Shown: in pieces, positions 44,341-55,180 of the stretch
Layout of the letters: every line of letters starts with the position of its first letter
Numbering within the stretch: position 1 is the first letter of the stretch
Assembly (NCBI GenBank): GCA_963847975.1
Contig: CAWKBU010000005.1
Location: 4,439 to 68,438 of the forward strand
From: an uncultured Acidobacteriota bacterium
GTDB taxonomy: Bacteria > Acidobacteriota > Vicinamibacteria > Vicinamibacterales > 2-12-FULL-66-21
Reading direction: 5' to 3'
DNA: 64,000 bases
Program-made: the position numbers and the translations under genes
Notes under the pieces: generated by a model
Seen by the model: only the letters and a program-made list of their open reading frames with translations
Told to the model about the DNA's origin: nothing
Databases searched by the model: none

Positions 44341-46942
44341 TCAGCTATCGCGCAGAATCGCCGCCGGATCGAGCTTGGCGGCGCGGCGGCCGGGCACGAG
44401 GCACGCCAGGCCGGCAAGCGCGACGAGCAGCAGCGGGACGGAGGTCATCGTTCGCAGATCCGTGGGACTGACGCCGTAAACGACCGTCGTGAGCAAGCGC
44501 GAGCCGGCCAGCGCGACGCCCACCCCAACGGCCACGCCTACGACCACCAGCCGCAGTCCCTGCAAAACGATCATGCGGCGGACGTTCCATGGCTCGCCGC
44601 CGAGCGCGAGGCGGATGCCGATGTCGCGCGTGTGCTGCTGGACGAAGTGCGTCATGACGCCATAGATACCGACGACCGAGAGCAGCAGCGCCGACAGCGC
44701 GAACATGCCGACGAGCACACTCAGGTAGCGCGGCGCCGCCAGCGACTCCGAGACGAGATCGTCGCCGGTCGCGACGCTGGTCAGCGCCAGCCCGGGATCC
44801 AGCTCGCGCACGGCTGCCCGCAGGGCCGTCGTCAACGACGCCGGATCCGTGGTCGCCCGCACGACGAAATACGCATTGGGCATGTCCACGAACGGAAAAT
44901 ACACCGTGCCCTCATCCGATTTGTCCATGCCGACCCACTTCACGTTGCCGACGACGCCGACGACGGTCGTCCAGGGGCACGTCGTGCATCCGCCATTCCT
45001 GAATCGCCGCCCAAGCACTTCCTGCCCGGGGAAGAACCGGTTCGCCCACGCGCGATCGACGACCACGACGTCGTCCTGGAGCGACCGTTCGTCAAGAAGA
45101 CGGCCGCGCTCCAGTCGCAATCCGACGGTCGAAAAGAAGCTCGGGGACACGCCGACCCAGGTGCAGATGGGCTGATTCTCGCCGGCGGGGGTCGGATGAT
45201 CTTCGAGATCGAAGTTGTTGCTCTGCCCCGCCTCGTTCGGTGGCCGGCTGTCCGCGAGCGCGGCCGCCTGGACTCCCGGCAAGGCCATGACGCGCGCGAG
45301 CGATCGATCCCAGAAGGCCTTGCGGTCGCTCTCCTGTGTATAGCTGGGTCCCGACAGCGACACGGCGGCCGTGAGGACCTGGTTGGTCTCGATGCCGACG
45401 CTGACGCGGCTGAGACGATCGAGGCTCGTCGCCACGAGCGCGGCGGCAACGATGAGCGGCGTGGCGAGCGCGAACTGAGCCGCTACGAGCCCGCGCCGCA
45501 ACCGGCGTGCGGCCGGCCCGTCCGTCGCCGAGCGGCCGCCGGATCGCAGCGAGCGATCCATTTGCCGCGAGGCATGGATCGCGGGCACGAGACCGCCAAC
45601 CAGAATCAGGACACCGCTTCCGACGGCGAGCGCGGCGAGCCAGCCGGCGAGCGGCGCCGACAGCCGGACTTCGTTGATGCGCGGGATGTAGCCGACGCCG
45701 TAGGCCGTGACGAGCTGAATCGCCAGCGCGGCGACACCGGCGCCAACGACGGCGGCCCCCGCCGTCAGCAGCGCGCTCTCGACCGTCAAGTACTGCAGGA
45801 GCCGGCCGCGCGAGGCGCCGAGCGCGCTGCGAATGGCCAGTTCGCGGCTGCGGTCGAGCGCGCGCGCGACGAGAAGATTGATGGCGTTCGCGCACGCGAT
45901 GAGGAGCACGCAGCCAACCGCGGCCAGCACCATGACCAGCGTCGAGCCGACGTCGCCGACGACGCGCGATTTGAGATCCTGCAGGCCCCACGTCGCCTTC
46001 TCGTCCTGATAGGACGACTTCCAGATCGGGAACAACCGCGCATTCGTGGCGCGCAAGGTGTCGAGCGCGGCGGCTTGCGGGACGTCGGGCCGCAGGCGTC
46101 CCAGCACCATCGTAAAGAACGGGCCCTTGCGCTTCGGCGGCGGCCAGCGCGCGGCCGTGAAGAGGGCGACGTCGCGCTCGAGCGGTCCGACGTCTTTCTG
46201 GAGTACGCCGACGACCGTGTAGCTGGCACCGTCGATGGTCATGGTGCGGCCGAGTACCGGCAGGGTCACTCGCGAAGCGGCGCGCCCAGAAGGCGGCCGT
46301 CAACACGGCCACGCGATCGCCGCGGGCGTCGTCCGAAACGTCCAGGAGCCGGCCCGCGAGTGCGGACTGGCCCATGAGGGGGAAGTACGAGCCGGTCACG
46401 ACCTTGGCCGTCACCCGTTCCGCCGCGCCGCCGTCGGTGACTGTCACGTTCGTCGTCTGGTAGGCCGCGACCGCGCTGAACGCTGGGTGGTCAGCCTCGA
46501 GCGCGCGATAGTCGACGACCGAGAACCGGAATCGATACGGCGGGTTGTCGGTGTAAAGCCAGAAGAGCTGTTCGGGAGACGCATAAGGCAGCGGATTGAC
46601 GAGCACGGCGCGCACGACACCAATCATGCCGGTCGTGGCGCCAAGGCCGACGCCAACCGTGAGGAGGATGGTCGCGGTCAACGCCGGTGTTCGCGCCAGG
46701 CTGCGCAGGCTATAGCCGGCGTCTCGCCAGAGGTGAGGCAGAAGGGCCCACAGACTGCCGACCGCCCCACGCACACGTTCCACGACCAGGTGCAAGGGAT
46801 ACAGCAGGCGCTGCCGTCTCAACCACCGGGTCGCCGCTCTCTCGCCGTCCCGGTGCCGGCGCAGTTCGAAGAGCTCGGCCAGGTCGTTTTCGATCGCCCG
46901 CCGATCGGCATCGCTCAGCAACAATCGCAGCAGCCAGCGCAT
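44341..46942 (-). CDS. ADOP duplicated orphan ABC permease (frameshift near 46260)
   Basis: LLIACANAINLL, RELAIRSALGASRGR, GIYGVM..RDIGIRLALG, RRAAKLDPAAILR. Confidence 0.92.
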
Positions 46943-46943
46943 G

Positions 46944-47270
46944 TCACACCTTCCGGGTGTTGAGGAGACGGCCGAGCCCGCGCCAGAGGCGTGCGTGCTC
47001 GATCCGGATCTCCTTGACGGCCGCCAGCCCCTGGCCGCTCAGTTTGAAGTACCGGCGCGCCCGGCCACCGTCCCGCTCGTCCAGGCGGGACGACACGAGA
47101 CCCTTTTTCTCGAGACGGCTGAGCGCGATGAACACCGCCGCCTGCGCCACGGGGCGCTCCATGCGCTTCTCGAGCGCCACCACCAGCGGAACGCTGTAGG
47201 TCTCCCCGCCCTCGCGCAGCATGGCGAGGAGGACGTGCAATTCGAAATGTTGAAGCGTCTGCTTGGGCAT
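46944..47270 (-). CDS. PadR-family transcriptional regulator
   Basis: FELHVLLA..Y..AVFIALSRLEKKGLVSS..GGRARRYFKL; upstream of the ADOP gene. Confidence 0.92.
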   Translation of the reverse strand: MPKQTLQHFELHVLLAMLREGGETYSVPLVVALEKRMERPVAQAAVFIALSRLEKKGLVSSRLDERDGGRARRYFKLSGQGLAAVKEIRIEHARLWRGLGRLLNTRKV

Positions 47271-47287
47271 GAAGGGTCCTGTTGCGT

Positions 47288-47349
47288 CACTAACAACGTT
47301 AGTGGGATCCTGCCCTGCATCGATGGCCTTGTCAATAGCAGCGCTAGTG
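47288..47349 (-). promoter_or_regulatory. padR promoter with two palindromic operators
   Basis: TTGACA (47335-47330)-N17-CAGGAT; CACTAAC-aac-GTTAGTG at 47288-47304 and CAATAGC-agc-GCTAGTG at 47333-47349. Confidence 0.72.
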
Positions 47350-47423
47350 GGAGCACCCCACTTGAAGGCGTGCGCGCAGTCGCACTAAAATCCCGTCCCG
47401 TCACACCGCTTCGGGAGACGGAA

Positions 47424-47762
47424 ATGGCCCATACCTACGAAGAGCTGAAGAAGAAAACGATCGCTGAGCTGCGCGACATCGCCAAGGACATCCAGCACGA
47501 GGCGGTCCAGGGCTACACGCAGCTGAACAAGGACCACCTGCTGCCGGCGCTCTGCAAGGCGCTCGGGATCGACAGCCACGCGCATCACGCCGCGGCGATC
47601 GCCGAGAAGGCGGCGGTCAAGGCCAAGATGCGCGGGATCCAGGCGGAGAAGGCGACAGCGCTCGAGAATGGGGACTACGAGCTCGTGCGTCAGCTTCGGC
47701 GGCATTACCACCGGCTGAATCACGCCCTGCGCACCGCGGCGAAGCAGGCAGCCAGGCCCTGA
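47424..47762 (+). CDS. Small protein with Rho N-terminal-like domain
   Basis: GGGAG RBS; ELKKKTIAELRDIAK..GYTQLNKDHL. Confidence 0.75.
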   Translation: MAHTYEELKKKTIAELRDIAKDIQHEAVQGYTQLNKDHLLPALCKALGIDSHAHHAAAIAEKAAVKAKMRGIQAEKATALENGDYELVRQLRRHYHRLNHALRTAAKQAARP

Positions 47763-47809
47763 TCCAGGGCGCGTCGGTGGCCCGCCATATTGTCCAGGCG
47801 GCCTCCAGC

Positions 47810-48196
47810 CTAGGCGGGCTGATACAGCTGAATCAGATTGCCGCAGGTGTCGGCGAACACGGCGATCGTGACCGGTCCCATCCTGGCCGGTTCGCTCGTG
47901 AAGGCGACGCCGCGCGCTCGCAAACGCGCGTACTCTGCGGCAATGTCGGCGACTTCGAACGCCGTCAGAGGGATCCCCTGCGCGAACATCGCGTCCTGAA
48001 ACGCCTTGCCGGCCGGGTTGGCGTTCGGCTCGAGCACCAGCTCGAGATCGTCCGGCCCCTCGGGCGAGACGACCGTCAGCCACTTGTACTCGCCGACCGG
48101 AATGTCGTGCTTCTTCTGGAAGCCCAGCACGTCCGTGTAGAACTGCAACGCCTTCGCCTGATCGTCGACCATGATGCTCGTGAGCTTGATCCGCAT
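47810..48196 (-). CDS. VOC/glyoxalase family protein
   Basis: SIMVDDQAKALQFYTDVLGF..WLTVVSPE..FADTCGNLIQL. Confidence 0.92.
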   Translation of the reverse strand: MRIKLTSIMVDDQAKALQFYTDVLGFQKKHDIPVGEYKWLTVVSPEGPDDLELVLEPNANPAGKAFQDAMFAQGIPLTAFEVADIAAEYARLRARGVAFTSEPARMGPVTIAVFADTCGNLIQLYQPA

Positions 48197-48208
48197 CGCC
48201 TGCCTCCG

Positions 48209-48697
48209 CTACTCGAGATTGACTGCAGACGAGTGTCGCAGAAGCACGCCGCCCGTGCTTCTTGAAAACTGCGAAAAGGCCTCTGGTGGAAGCCCTGCCA
48301 TCAGGCTCAGGCAGCCCGGAGCGAGCACCAGGGGAAACGCGCCGGGCACCTGCACCATGGCGCGCACGCGCCGGCGGTAGGCCGAGGGTGTCGAGCCGGT
48401 GCGGCGGGTGAAGAGATCGCTGAAGCTCCCGAGGCTCGAGAAGCCGACCTCCATGCACACGTCGGTCACCGAATGCTCGCCGCGGGCGAGCAGGCGCCGC
48501 GCCTCGTCCAGTCGCGACTGAATGCGGAACTGATGCGGCGTGAGCCCGAACACCGACTCGAACTGACGGATGAAGTGAAACGGGGAGATCCCGACCGCTT
48601 TCGCCACGTCCTCGACGAGCAGCGGCGCGTCGGTCACTTCAACGAGCAGGTCGCGCGCCCGGCAGAGCCGCCTGAACGCGTCGTGTCGTAGCAGCAT
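48209..48697 (-). CDS. AraC-family regulator
   Basis: SPFHFIRQF..TPHQF..SVTDVCMEVGFSSLGSFS. Confidence 0.92.
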   Translation of the reverse strand: MLLRHDAFRRLCRARDLLVEVTDAPLLVEDVAKAVGISPFHFIRQFESVFGLTPHQFRIQSRLDEARRLLARGEHSVTDVCMEVGFSSLGSFSDLFTRRTGSTPSAYRRRVRAMVQVPGAFPLVLAPGCLSLMAGLPPEAFSQFSRSTGGVLLRHSSAVNLE

Positions 48698-48766
48698 GTT
48701 TAGTCAGCTTCTCCTAGCTAGCTTAAACCCTGAGGCGGCCGTCGCGGGCAGTACAATGGAGGATGC

Positions 48767-50476
48767 ATGCCTGAACGCACTTCTCCCCCATCGACGCCTT
48801 CCACCACCGGCTTCGCCTCGCTCGGCCTCGACGAGGCGATCGTCGCGTCCGTCACTTCGCTCGGCTACGAGGAAGCGACGCCCGTGCAACGCGAAACGAT
48901 TCCGCTGCTCCTCGAGGGCCGCGACCTGCTCGCGCAAGCGGCCACGGGGACCGGCAAGACCGCGGCCTTCGCGCTGCCCATGCTGCATCGGCTCTCGGCG
49001 CTCGGGGCCGAGGATCGCCGCCGCACCAATGGCCTCGTGCTCGTGCCGACGCGTGAGCTCGCCATGCAGGTCGCCGAGGCGGTGCACAAGTACGCCCGCG
49101 GCGGGCGCCTGACGGTCCTGCCGCTCTACGGCGGGGCCCCGATGCTCTCGCAGATCCGCGGTCTCGAACGGGGCGCCAATATCGTGGTCGCGACGCCCGG
49201 CCGCGCGCTCGATCACATCCGCCGGGGGACGCTGAAGCTCGACAAGCTCGACATCCTCATTCTCGACGAAGCCGACGAGATGCTCGACATGGGCTTTGCC
49301 GAGGATCTCGACGCCATCCTCGAGGCCACGCCGCCCGAACGCCAGACGGCGCTCTTCTCGGCCACGATGCCGGCGCGCATCCTCTCGATCGCCGAACGCC
49401 ACCTCAAGAGCCCGACGCGGCTCAAGATTGCGCGCGAGACCACGGCCACGGGCAAGCTGCCGCGCGTACGGCAGGTCGCCTACATCGTGGCGCGCGCTCA
49501 CAAGCCGGCGTCGCTCGAGCGCGTGCTCGAGACCGAGAACCCCGACTCGGCGCTCGTCTTCTGCCGCACGCGGCTCGAAGTCGACACGCTCGTCGAGATG
49601 CTCAACGCCCACGGCCATCGCGCCGAGGCGCTCCACGGGGGCATGGAACAGCGCCTGCGCGACCGCGTCATGAGCCGATTTCGTGACGGCCAGGCCGATC
49701 TGCTCGTCGCCACCGACGTCGCCGCCCGCGGCCTCGACATCGAGCGGCTGTCGCACGTCATCAACTACGACGTGCCGGCCTCGGCCGACACCTACGTGCA
49801 CCGCATCGGCCGCACGGGCCGCGCCGGGCGCGGCGGAACCGCGATCACGCTGGCCGAACCGCGCGAGCATCGCCTGCTCCGCGCCATGGAAGCCGCCACC
49901 AAGCAGAAGATCGAAGTCGCGCCCATCCCGACGGTCGCCGACCTCAAGGCCCGCCGACTCGAGATCACGCGCGCGTCGCTGCGCGAGCGGATCCTCGCCG
50001 GCAACCTCGACCACACCCGCGTCGTCGTCGAGGCCCTCGCCAACGAGTTCGACATCGTCGACATCGCGGCCGCCGCAGTGCAGCTCGCACACACCGCGGC
50101 AGGCGGCGACGGCGACGACCGCGAGATCCCGGCGGTCGCGGCCCCCTCGAAACCCCCATCCGGGACGACGCGGCCGCAACGTCCCCTGAAGCCCGCACGC
50201 GGCCGGCTGCCGCGCGATCCTGCAGGGCCAGAAGGCGACCAGGGAATGATTCGGCTGTTTGTCGGCGCCGGACGCCGCGCGGGCATCCGCCCGGGCGATC
50301 TGGTCGGAGCCATCACCGGCGAAGCCGGCATCGAGTCGCGCTCCATCGGCGCGATCGAGATCAGCGATGGCTTCTCGCTCGTCGAGGTGCCGGAAACGAT
50401 GGCTGACGACGTGATCGAGGCGCTGCGGGCGACGAAGCTCCGCGGGCTGAAGGTGACGGTGCGGAGGGAGCGCTGA
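48767..50476 (+). CDS. deaD: DEAD-box RNA helicase with DbpA-type C-terminal domain
   Basis: AATGTGKT, PTRELA, TPGR, DEAD, SAT, ARGLD, HRIGRTGRAG; IRPGDLVGAI. Confidence 0.93.
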   Translation: MPERTSPPSTPSTTGFASLGLDEAIVASVTSLGYEEATPVQRETIPLLLEGRDLLAQAATGTGKTAAFALPMLHRLSALGAEDRRRTNGLVLVPTRELAMQVAEAVHKYARGGRLTVLPLYGGAPMLSQIRGLERGANIVVATPGRALDHIRRGTLKLDKLDILILDEADEMLDMGFAEDLDAILEATPPERQTALFSATMPARILSIAERHLKSPTRLKIARETTATGKLPRVRQVAYIVARAHKPASLERVLETENPDSALVFCRTRLEVDTLVEMLNAHGHRAEALHGGMEQRLRDRVMSRFRDGQADLLVATDVAARGLDIERLSHVINYDVPASADTYVHRIGRTGRAGRGGTAITLAEPREHRLLRAMEAATKQKIEVAPIPTVADLKARRLEITRASLRERILAGNLDHTRVVVEALANEFDIVDIAAAAVQLAHTAAGGDGDDREIPAVAAPSKPPSGTTRPQRPLKPARGRLPRDPAGPEGDQGMIRLFVGAGRRAGIRPGDLVGAITGEAGIESRSIGAIEISDGFSLVEVPETMADDVIEALRATKLRGLKVTVRRER

Positions 50477-50477
50477 G

Positions 50478-51407
50478 GTGCGGCCTGCACACCGGGGCAT
50501 GCGGTGGCTGGGCATCCTCCTCGCGTGCGCCGTCCTGCATGTCGCGCTGAGCGCGGCCGGCCGGGAAGTCGCGATCACCATCGACGACCTGCCACGCGGC
50601 GGCGATGGCGGACCGCGCGGCCTGGCCGAAGTCCGCGCGATGACCGAGCGCCTGCTGAAGCCCTTCCGCGACGACGGGATCCCCGTCATCGGATTCGTGA
50701 ACGAGGGCCGGTCAGCCGACCTCGGCGCCGATGGCCTTCGCCAGATTCTCGATCTGTGGCTCGCGGCCGGCGCCGATCTCGGCAATCATTCGCACTCGCA
50801 CCTGAACATCAACAACGTCCCGCTCGACGAGTACACCGCCGACGTCGTGAAGGGAGAGCCGATCCTGCGTGCCGCGTTGACTGCCCGTGGCCGTACGCTC
50901 CGCTTCTACCGCCACCCGTTTCTGTTCACCGGCCCGACACCAGAGATCAAGAAGGGGATGCAGGCGTTCCTCGACGCGCAGGGCTACCGCGTCGCGCCCG
51001 TGACGCTCGATAACTCCGACTACCAGTTCGCGGCGCTCTACACCAGGCCGCAGTACCGCGAGCGCGTGCGCGAGGCGTATGTTCCTTACATGGAATCGAT
51101 CGTCGCCTTCTTCGAGCAGCGCTCGGTCGAAGTCGTCGGCCGGGAGTTCCCCCAGATCCTGCTGCTGCACGCCAACCAGCTCAACGCCGAGCTGATGCCC
51201 GATCTCCTTGCCATGTTCCGCCGGCGCGGGTACACGTTCGTGTCCCTCGAACGTGCGCTCGCCGACGAGGCCTACCGCCTCCGCGACGACTACGCCGGCC
51301 GCAACGGCTTCTCGTGGATCCATCGCTGGTCGCGGACGTTGGGCCTGCCGCCCAAGGGAGAACCCGACCCGCCCGCCTGGGTAGAGGAAGCGATGGCGGC
51401 GCGGTAG
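50478..51407 (+). CDS. Polysaccharide deacetylase family protein
   Basis: VAITIDDLP, GNHSHSH, YRHPFL, ILLLHAN. Confidence 0.9.
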   Translation: MRPAHRGMRWLGILLACAVLHVALSAAGREVAITIDDLPRGGDGGPRGLAEVRAMTERLLKPFRDDGIPVIGFVNEGRSADLGADGLRQILDLWLAAGADLGNHSHSHLNINNVPLDEYTADVVKGEPILRAALTARGRTLRFYRHPFLFTGPTPEIKKGMQAFLDAQGYRVAPVTLDNSDYQFAALYTRPQYRERVREAYVPYMESIVAFFEQRSVEVVGREFPQILLLHANQLNAELMPDLLAMFRRRGYTFVSLERALADEAYRLRDDYAGRNGFSWIHRWSRTLGLPPKGEPDPPAWVEEAMAAR

Positions 51408-51417
51408 ACTTGGCGCC

Positions 51418-51750
51418 GTGGAACCGAGACTTGCCGAACGCCTGACGCCCCTCGCTGCCGCGGCGTCGGCGCTCGCCGTGTTCGCCTGTTGCGTCCCACT
51501 CGGCGTCGCGGGCGCTCTCGGTGTGCTCGCGCTCGGCAGCCTCTTTGACGCCCTGCAGCCCTGGTTCCTCGGCACGGCGACCGTGCTCCTGGCGCTGAGC
51601 GCATATCAGTGTTACCGCGGCCGGCAAACGTGCCAGCTCCGGCGCAGCCGGTTCAGCCTCGCCGTACTCGGCCTCTCAGCGGCCATCGTCCTCCTCGTGC
51701 TGCTCTTCCCGCAGAACGTCGCTGGCTGGATCGCCGACTACGTCCTATGA
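51418..51750 (+). CDS. MerT-like three-TM membrane protein
   Basis: ACCVPLG in the first helix, LQPWFL, cytoplasmic Cys. Confidence 0.65.
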   Translation: MEPRLAERLTPLAAAASALAVFACCVPLGVAGALGVLALGSLFDALQPWFLGTATVLLALSAYQCYRGRQTCQLRRSRFSLAVLGLSAAIVLLVLLFPQNVAGWIADYVL

Positions 51751-52343
51751 CGCCGCGCTACCTGGCGCCGGTGGCGATCGTCGTGCTGCTCCTGCTCGCG
51801 CGGGTGTGGATGGCCACTGGCGGCACGACGCCAGCCGGGCAGCCGCCACTCGCCGATGTACCCACGCTCGACGCTTTGCGCGCCGAGTTCAATCGCGACG
51901 CAGCGAAGATGCGGGTGATCCTGTCGCTCGCGCCGACCTGTCCTTACTGCCTGAAGGGCGGCAGCGGAATCGAGCAGCTTCTCGCGCGCCACCCTGACTA
52001 TCCGCTGGTCGTCTACAACGTCTGGCAACCGGTCCTTCCCACCGATTGGGGCAAACCCGGCACCGGCGTGCTCGCGCGCCTCTCGAACCCGCGCGTGCGC
52101 CAGTTCTGGGACGGGGAGCGGCTCCTGGCGCGGGCCGTCGAGCACGCATCGCAAGGCCGGGCCCTCCAGCCGAACTGCTGCTTCGAGCGCGGCCTCTGGT
52201 GGGATTTCATCGCCGTCTATCCGCCGGGCGGTCACTGGACCGACAAACTCCCCGAGCCCCTGCTGCTCGACGGCACGGTCGACGACGCAATCCCCGCGTT
52301 CGAGGCACTCCTGACGCACGCGACCGATCCAGCCGCAAAGTAG
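51747..52343 (+). CDS. Thioredoxin-fold protein (PTCPYC)
   Basis: TPAGQPPL..LRAEFN..LSLAPTCPYCLKG..VWQPVLPTD..PRVRQFWD; ATGA overlap with the MerT-like gene. Confidence 0.75.
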   Translation: MTPRYLAPVAIVVLLLLARVWMATGGTTPAGQPPLADVPTLDALRAEFNRDAAKMRVILSLAPTCPYCLKGGSGIEQLLARHPDYPLVVYNVWQPVLPTDWGKPGTGVLARLSNPRVRQFWDGERLLARAVEHASQGRALQPNCCFERGLWWDFIAVYPPGGHWTDKLPEPLLLDGTVDDAIPAFEALLTHATDPAAK

Positions 52344-52361
52344 CCTGCGGGCCGAGTAACT

Positions 52362-52589
52362 GCGGGGACACTCAATCGGGACAGTCACGGTTGAGTGTCC
52401 CCGACCCTAGGAATGATGCGAACGGCGCTCGATTTTGAGACGATCCGTGCCGCAGCCCCTACGCTCGAATGCTTCGTCCGTGCGAACCGCGCAGTTCTTG
52501 CCACACTGGTACGCTTCTAGCGCCTCTGACTGTCCCCGGTGACTGTCCCGGTTGAGTGTCCCGATTGAGTGTCCCCGCCGTGTCCCCGC
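52362..52589. repeat. GGGACACTCAATC / GATTGAGTGTCCC inverted repeat clusters
   Basis: About 13-bp units at 52362-52403 and 52527-52589, mutually inverted, between convergent genes. Confidence 0.82.
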
Positions 52590-52590
52590 G

Positions 52591-53720
52591 TCAGCGCAGG
52601 TGTTTCGCGAAGAACGCGCGGGCGACGTCGAAGACGCCGGCGCGATCGACGGTGCGCTGTTCTTCGGCACCCTTGGGGCCGCCTTTCACGTGCTGGCGAA
52701 CGTCCATCCGGAAGGGGCCTGCGAGCTCGTCCAGGTTCGAGCGGTTGAAGAACGTGTGTGGCAGTCCGTCGATGAGGCGCAGGGTGACGTCGTTGCCCGC
52801 GGCGGCGAGCGCCTCGTAGAGGAGTACGCTCTGGCCGTGCGGCACGGAGCCATCCGCGAGGCCATGCATGATGAGAAACGGCGGCGCGTTGGGCGTCACG
52901 TAGGTCATCGGACTCGCGGCGCGGACCTTGTCGGGCACGGTCTGAATCGGCGCGCCGACCAGCCTCGATTCCGGCGACGTCGGCGCGTCATGCGGACCCG
53001 GCGCCCCACCCCGGCCGCCCGGACCTGCCGCGCCACCCGGACCCGCGGCGGCGCCCCCGCGGGCTCCCTCGACGACCACTCCACCGCGCATGGGAGGCGC
53101 CTGAGCAAGCGCCGGCGGCTGCGATTGCAGCGTCGCCTTCTCCTGTTCCGTCTGCGCATCCATCAGGTTGAAGGCCGTCGGCCCGTACGCGTCGAGGACG
53201 CACTGCACCGCGCTCGACTGCGTCAGGTTGTCCTCACCTTCGAACGTTCCACGAGGCGCAAGCCCCGCAATCGCGGCCAGATGACCGCCGGCTGATGTTC
53301 CCCAGATCCCGATGCGACTAGGATCGAGGCCGTAGGTATCGTGGTTGGCCCTGAGCCAGCGGATCGCTGTCTTCACGTCTTCGACGTTGCTTGGGAAGGT
53401 GACGGACGGCGTCAGCCGATATTCAATCGAAGCCACGGCGAAGCCGTCCTGGGCGAAGAACCGCTTGAAGTCGGGTCCCGTCGTGCGCGTGCCCCCGCTC
53501 CAGCCGCCACCGTGCAGGAACACGATGACTGGCAGGCGCCCCCGCACCTTCTGCGGCAGGTAAGATCGAGCACCAGATCCTGACCCCCGCGCGACGCGTA
53601 GGTCAGCGTCTTCATCTCGACGTCAAAGGGCTGTGGCGCTGAGGCGCTCGAGGCAAACGCGCCAAACGCCATGGTGATCGTGACGGCTGTGATGAGCAGC
53701 GCCCGCCGGTTGATCGTCAT
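52591..53720 (-). CDS. Exported alpha/beta hydrolase (HSL/BD-FAE-like esterase; frameshift near 53555)
   Basis: NRRALL twin-arginine-like signal; LHGGGW, GTSAG, HGLADGSVP, PHTF. Confidence 0.87.
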
Positions 53721-53732
53721 CGGCTCGCTCCG

Positions 53733-55170
53733 TCAGAGGAACGCGTCCGGATTCGGTTTGAGCGCCAGGGCCCGGCGCAGCTCCGGCGTGATTTCCCGGC
53801 TGACCGGCACGCCGCAAATCGCCTGCGCATGCGCCAACACCGCCGCTCGCTGCACGACCTCATCGCGGCCCTCACCTTCGGTCCAGACGGGATCCTGCGG
53901 CGGGAGAGGGAGCTTGGCTGGATGCACGTCCAGCGGGTAGCCATCCGGACCACGGCCGCTCATCTGCAGTGTCCGGAACATGTCAGGGCCGCCGCGAGCA
54001 AAGCCTCCACGCGCGCCGCCGCCTCGGCGCTCCGCGCCACGATTCCCGCCGCCCGCCGCCGCGTCGGGCTCGCCCGCTCCCGCGCGGGCACTGCCGCCAC
54101 CTCCGGCCCGGCCCTCCACGAGTGAAGAAGCTCTCGAAGATTCCGGGCGTGAGGAAGGCGGCAAACCGGTTGTAGGCCTGCGTGAGCTTGAAGCCGTGCA
54201 GGTTGCGCGGCGGCGCCTGGAAGTAGTCGCCGGTCTTGAGCGGCACGGCTTTGCCATGCGCCCAGCCGAGCGTCTCGCCATCGAGCGCGAAGAAATTCTC
54301 GAAATGCCGCGCGTGAAAGTGTGCGCCGACGCCGCCCCCGGTCCGCCTTCGGTGATCAGGAACAGAAACTGACCGGTGGTATTGGCGTTCCTGGCGAGGA
54401 ACGTATTTCCGCCGAATCGCTCTCCGCCGCCGTCGGCAAGGACGTACGGTCCGGGCGTAAGTGGGAGGACGAGATTGGCGACACACTGCCGGCTCCGGCT
54501 GCGGCGCGGCATGCGTCGAGAGCTGGAAGTCTCCATGGAACGAGGCCTGGCCAGCTTCCCCGTCGGGATGGCAAGTGCCCGACTCCCGTTGGCACGGCCG
54601 CGTCGCCGTGGGGAGCGCCCATCGCCGACAAATGCCGCTCCGACGCGATCGTTCATCGTGAAGAGCGCGATCTTCGCCCGGTCGGAGCGCATGGTCCACC
54701 CGTGCGGCGTACCGGCGGGAAGGTTGGCGAAGTCGCCGCGCATCATTCGCCACCGCTGGTCGTTGAGCTCGAGCTCGACTTCGCCGCTCAAGACCAGCAG
54801 CGCCGCATGGCTGCTCAAGTGGACATGTCTCGGCATGGTCGCGCCGGATCGGCCGGCAAACGTCACGAGCTCGTGCACGTTGCCGGTCTCAATCGGCCGT
54901 GCGATGCGCGTCATCACCTGGCTGCCGACGAGATGATGCTCGCCCCGATCGGCCGGGAGCACGTACATGCGGCGCGCACCAGGGAGCCGGCCGATGATCG
55001 GCACCGCCTCCTCGCCGCTGACCTCCACGGGGTTGAGAATCTCGTCTGGAAAGTTCGCCGGTTGCTGCGCGGCCCACGTGCCCAGTGACGCCGGCCTCGA
55101 GGCCGAAGATTCCGCGCCCGGCGGCCAGTCCGGCGACACCAAGAAACGCTCGCCTGTTGCAGCAGGTCAT
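53733..55170 (-). CDS. Tat-exported bicupin, quercetin 2,3-dioxygenase-like (frameshifts)
   Basis: NRRAFLG signal; PADRGEHHLVG; cupin 1 PRHVH..GDFANLPAGTPH; cupin 2 AHFHARHFENF..GDYFQAPPRNLH..TPGIFE.FF. Confidence 0.78.
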
Positions 55171-55180
55171 GGAGGATTCC

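Noticed and set aside
40064-50785. Long alternative ORFs (40064..41848 -, 41101..42930 +, 44632..46377 +, 48704..50785 -)
   Set aside because: They are antisense or off-frame shadows of well-supported genes in high-GC DNA, Arg/Ala/Gly-rich and without motifs.
52404-52526. Spacer between the REP-like clusters as a RAYT transposase remnant
   Set aside because: No HUH or other transposase motif is recognisable in any frame.
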